Assembly: GCA_964270895.1 (NCBI GenBank) | Contig: OZ185437.1 | DNA from: Podarcis filfolensis | Taxonomy: Eukaryota | Length of the DNA stretch: 64,000 bases | Direction: 5' to 3' (one strand) | Shown: in pieces, positions 63,664 to 64,000 of the stretch | How positions within the stretch are numbered: the first letter of the stretch is position 1 | Layout of the letters: each line of letters starts with the position of its first letter | Position numbers and translations under genes: made by a program | The notes under the pieces: model-generated | What the model was told of the DNA's origin: nothing | Seen by the model: only the letters and a program-made list of their open reading frames with translations | Database searches by the model: none

Positions 63664-64000
63664 CTATTTGGGGAGTGGGAGGAGAAAGGGTTTAAAATAA
63701 AACCTCCAATAACTCACAACAAAAAAGTGTGGAAGGAACACATTCAAACCTTTAATGCATCATGATGATGACTAGATTAAGATCTAGATTTCAGTTCCCC
63801 AAATGTGGCCTAATTTGCATACTATGCAAAGTATTTGCTAATTATGCAAATCATGTGGGCAGTTGGGAAAGGATGTATCAACCCTCTCCTGCTGGTATCT
63901 CCCTCCAAATTACACGTTCCAGATGGCAGGGCTTCTTATATACTTTTCCATGGAGAATATAATTGAACGCTCAAAGACTAAATAAAAATTCAATATATTG

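Overview
Vertebrate nuclear DNA. Sauria-SINE, Squam3-like SINE, young L2 and lacertid-type hAT MITE repeats point to a squamate, most likely a lacertid lizard (inference). The window holds the conserved block PPIL4(-) / GINM1(+) / KATNA1(-) / LATS1(-), known from human 6q25.1. I mapped exons by hand from GT/AG boundaries and protein recognition. PPIL4 coding exons 1-5 are present and the rest lie left of the window. GINM1 is complete (8 exons, 324 aa). KATNA1 is complete (10 coding exons, 492 aa, plus a non-coding first exon in a CpG island). For LATS1 the last six coding exons and a long 3' UTR are present, and the start lies right of the window. Introns carry many transposons: a nearly intact L2 LINE, truncated L2 and CR1 copies, six Sauria SINEs, hAT and Tigger-like MITEs with TSDs, and two Penelope-like remnants. 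I found no evidence of a wholly new multi-gene system. The most interesting signals are: (1) a complete minimal hammerhead-ribozyme core in sense orientation in a KATNA1 intron; (2) a 168-bp fold-back Penelope remnant with a 13-bp TSD beside the KATNA1 promoter; (3) a LATS1 intron read-through frame resembling the human kinase-less isoform; (4) splice-donor and poly(A) signals supplied by transposons. All comparisons with human or chicken proteins are from memory, not database searches.
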